From the NCBI GenBank assembly GCA_030324005.1, contig JARDVH010000164.1:6060895-6124894 (forward strand): 64,000 bases of DNA. Direction: 5' to 3'. Position 1 is the first letter of the stretch; each line of letters starts with the position of its first letter. The position numbers and the translations under genes are program-made. Below the pieces are notes generated by a model. It was not told where the DNA came from and did not search any database. It saw only the letters and a program-made list of their open reading frames with translations. Shown piece after piece: positions 62,401 through 64,000 of this stretch. The stretch comes from Negaprion brevirostris. Its lineage: Eukaryota.

Positions 62401-64000
62401 ACAGTTCACTGTTCTCTTGGTATTCATATACCTTAAGACAATTCATATTTCCATTTGCACCAGTACCTATGTAGCCACCAGGGTCAGATGAGATCAAGTT
62501 TGGCAGTAACTGCACCCCCAATTCCTTCCAAAAAATACAAAGCACTTTAAAACACATTTGTGGAACATGGACATCGCTGGTTAGCCAGCAAATGTTACCC
62601 ATCCCTAATCACCCTTGAACTGTGTGGCTTGCTAGGCAATTTCAGAGGGCAGTTGAGAGTCAACCACATTGTTATGGCTCTGGAGTTGCATAGAGGATCA
62701 TCCTATAATCTCCAGTCTTTTGAAACCCAACNNNNNNNNNNNNNGGCAACTGAAGGCTTTGAAAATGAGGACAAGGACTGGACTTGAGGAGGATATAATT
62801 ATAGTACAGTTTGGAAAGAGAATAAGATTACACATTTTAGGAGGAAAATGAGGAATGGAAGTGAAAGGGTGTAAGTCTAATGGTTGAAATAGAAAATTCT
62901 GAGTGCGAATGGAGGTCGATAAAACTGTAAATAACATTTAGGTTTTATAAATCAGATATACAGTTCAATGTAATGTTAAATCTGCATGACAGTCATTAGG
63001 CCAGATAACGTTGTACAGTTGAGGAATTTATTATAGAAAGTAGGCTAAAATTATAGTGACTGTTCAACACAGATTTATCAAGTTGACATCTGGGTTGAGA
63101 AGAGACTTGAGATACTGGAACAAATTCCATTGCAATAAACATTAAGAGGTTATTTAAATGGTTAAGGATTTTATAGGTTAAATAGGCTGAGATCATTGCA
63201 GCTTTTCAAGCATTAATAAATATCTGCAGCATTGGGAGTTAAACAGCAAATGGGGGAAGTGAAGGATGCATCACTTTAGGTTTGTTAAGCAGAAAGTTGG
63301 GCAAGGTAAACCAAATAACTTACTGTGCTGTGACAGCTTTCATGATACCAACTGTTTACCTCCTTCCTCTTTCTACCTCCTCACCTGGGACCACATGATT
63401 AAATATAAAACTTCTCAAATAATTTTTTCTCAATTTACATGAAATGCGGAAACAAACTTACAGCAGGGAAAAATACCATTTTTGACAAAACCCATGCTGA
63501 TTTAAGTGAGAACTCAACGACCATTACACATGCACCACAGTTGGGAACAACACTGGGTATAAGTATTCGGAGTTGTCCCCAACTTGGCAATTTTGAAAAA
63601 ATGAATAGAATCTTTAGGACATGAAATATAGACAGAGCTTTTGTCAACTTTGCTCTAATTCAAAGCATTTTTGGTTCCTTGTTGAGCATCAAGACTCCAT
63701 ATCTAACATGGAGATATTAGTTTGCTTCTATTGTGCTATCATATTCCATTACACTATTTTTAATTGCCAACACATTCAACTGTTGCTGTTTCTACATCAG
63801 CTGTTAGAAATACTGCCTGCACATTAAACAAAGCCAGTTGAACTCTTCCCAAGAGGTTAGGTAGCAAAAAATGAAAGGAAGTGAACATAGACTATGACTG
63901 ATATACACTGTTAGTTCCTTCTATCAAAGCACAATAATGAACACTCTGAAGATGGCGCTTACTTTAGATATTCAAAAGGTGATCTCTGAACACTAACAAT

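Noticed and set aside
57437-64000. Next upstream ABHD2 exon (..ICPGIANHSEK..RMFTY)
   Set aside because: Not found by eye; candidate donors such as the one near 60255 do not encode it. It probably lies beyond the window.

Overview
Eukaryotic, AT-rich, intron-containing vertebrate DNA with many N gaps. The repeat content (HE1-type V-SINEs, Deu-domain SINEs, CR1/L2 relics, Penelope-type inverted ends) points to a shark/elasmobranch. Two genes lie tail-to-tail, as in human. RLBP1 (CRALBP) has its last four coding exons on + (775-6036). ABHD2 has its last six coding exons on - (57436-33309), with an intact Ser-Asp-His triad, one GC-AG intron and probably a ~10 kb 3' UTR. Most entries in the ORF track are repeat-, gap- or exon-overlap artefacts. 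The most unusual object is a minus-strand retroposed insert at 39814-40117. It carries two U2 snRNA 5'-end heads (the outer one ending exactly at U2 nt 37), a 3' hairpin, AATAAA, a poly(A) tail and a 16-bp target-site duplication, so it is a candidate U2-headed SINE or a non-autonomous derivative of a U2-targeting element. Other points are paired His-to-Tyr changes in CRALBP, Penelope-type palindromes with decayed hammerhead ribozymes, tail-swapped SINE subfamilies and hairpin MITEs. Repeat family names and human residue numbers are from recalled consensus sequences, not from a database search, and repeat boundaries are approximate.
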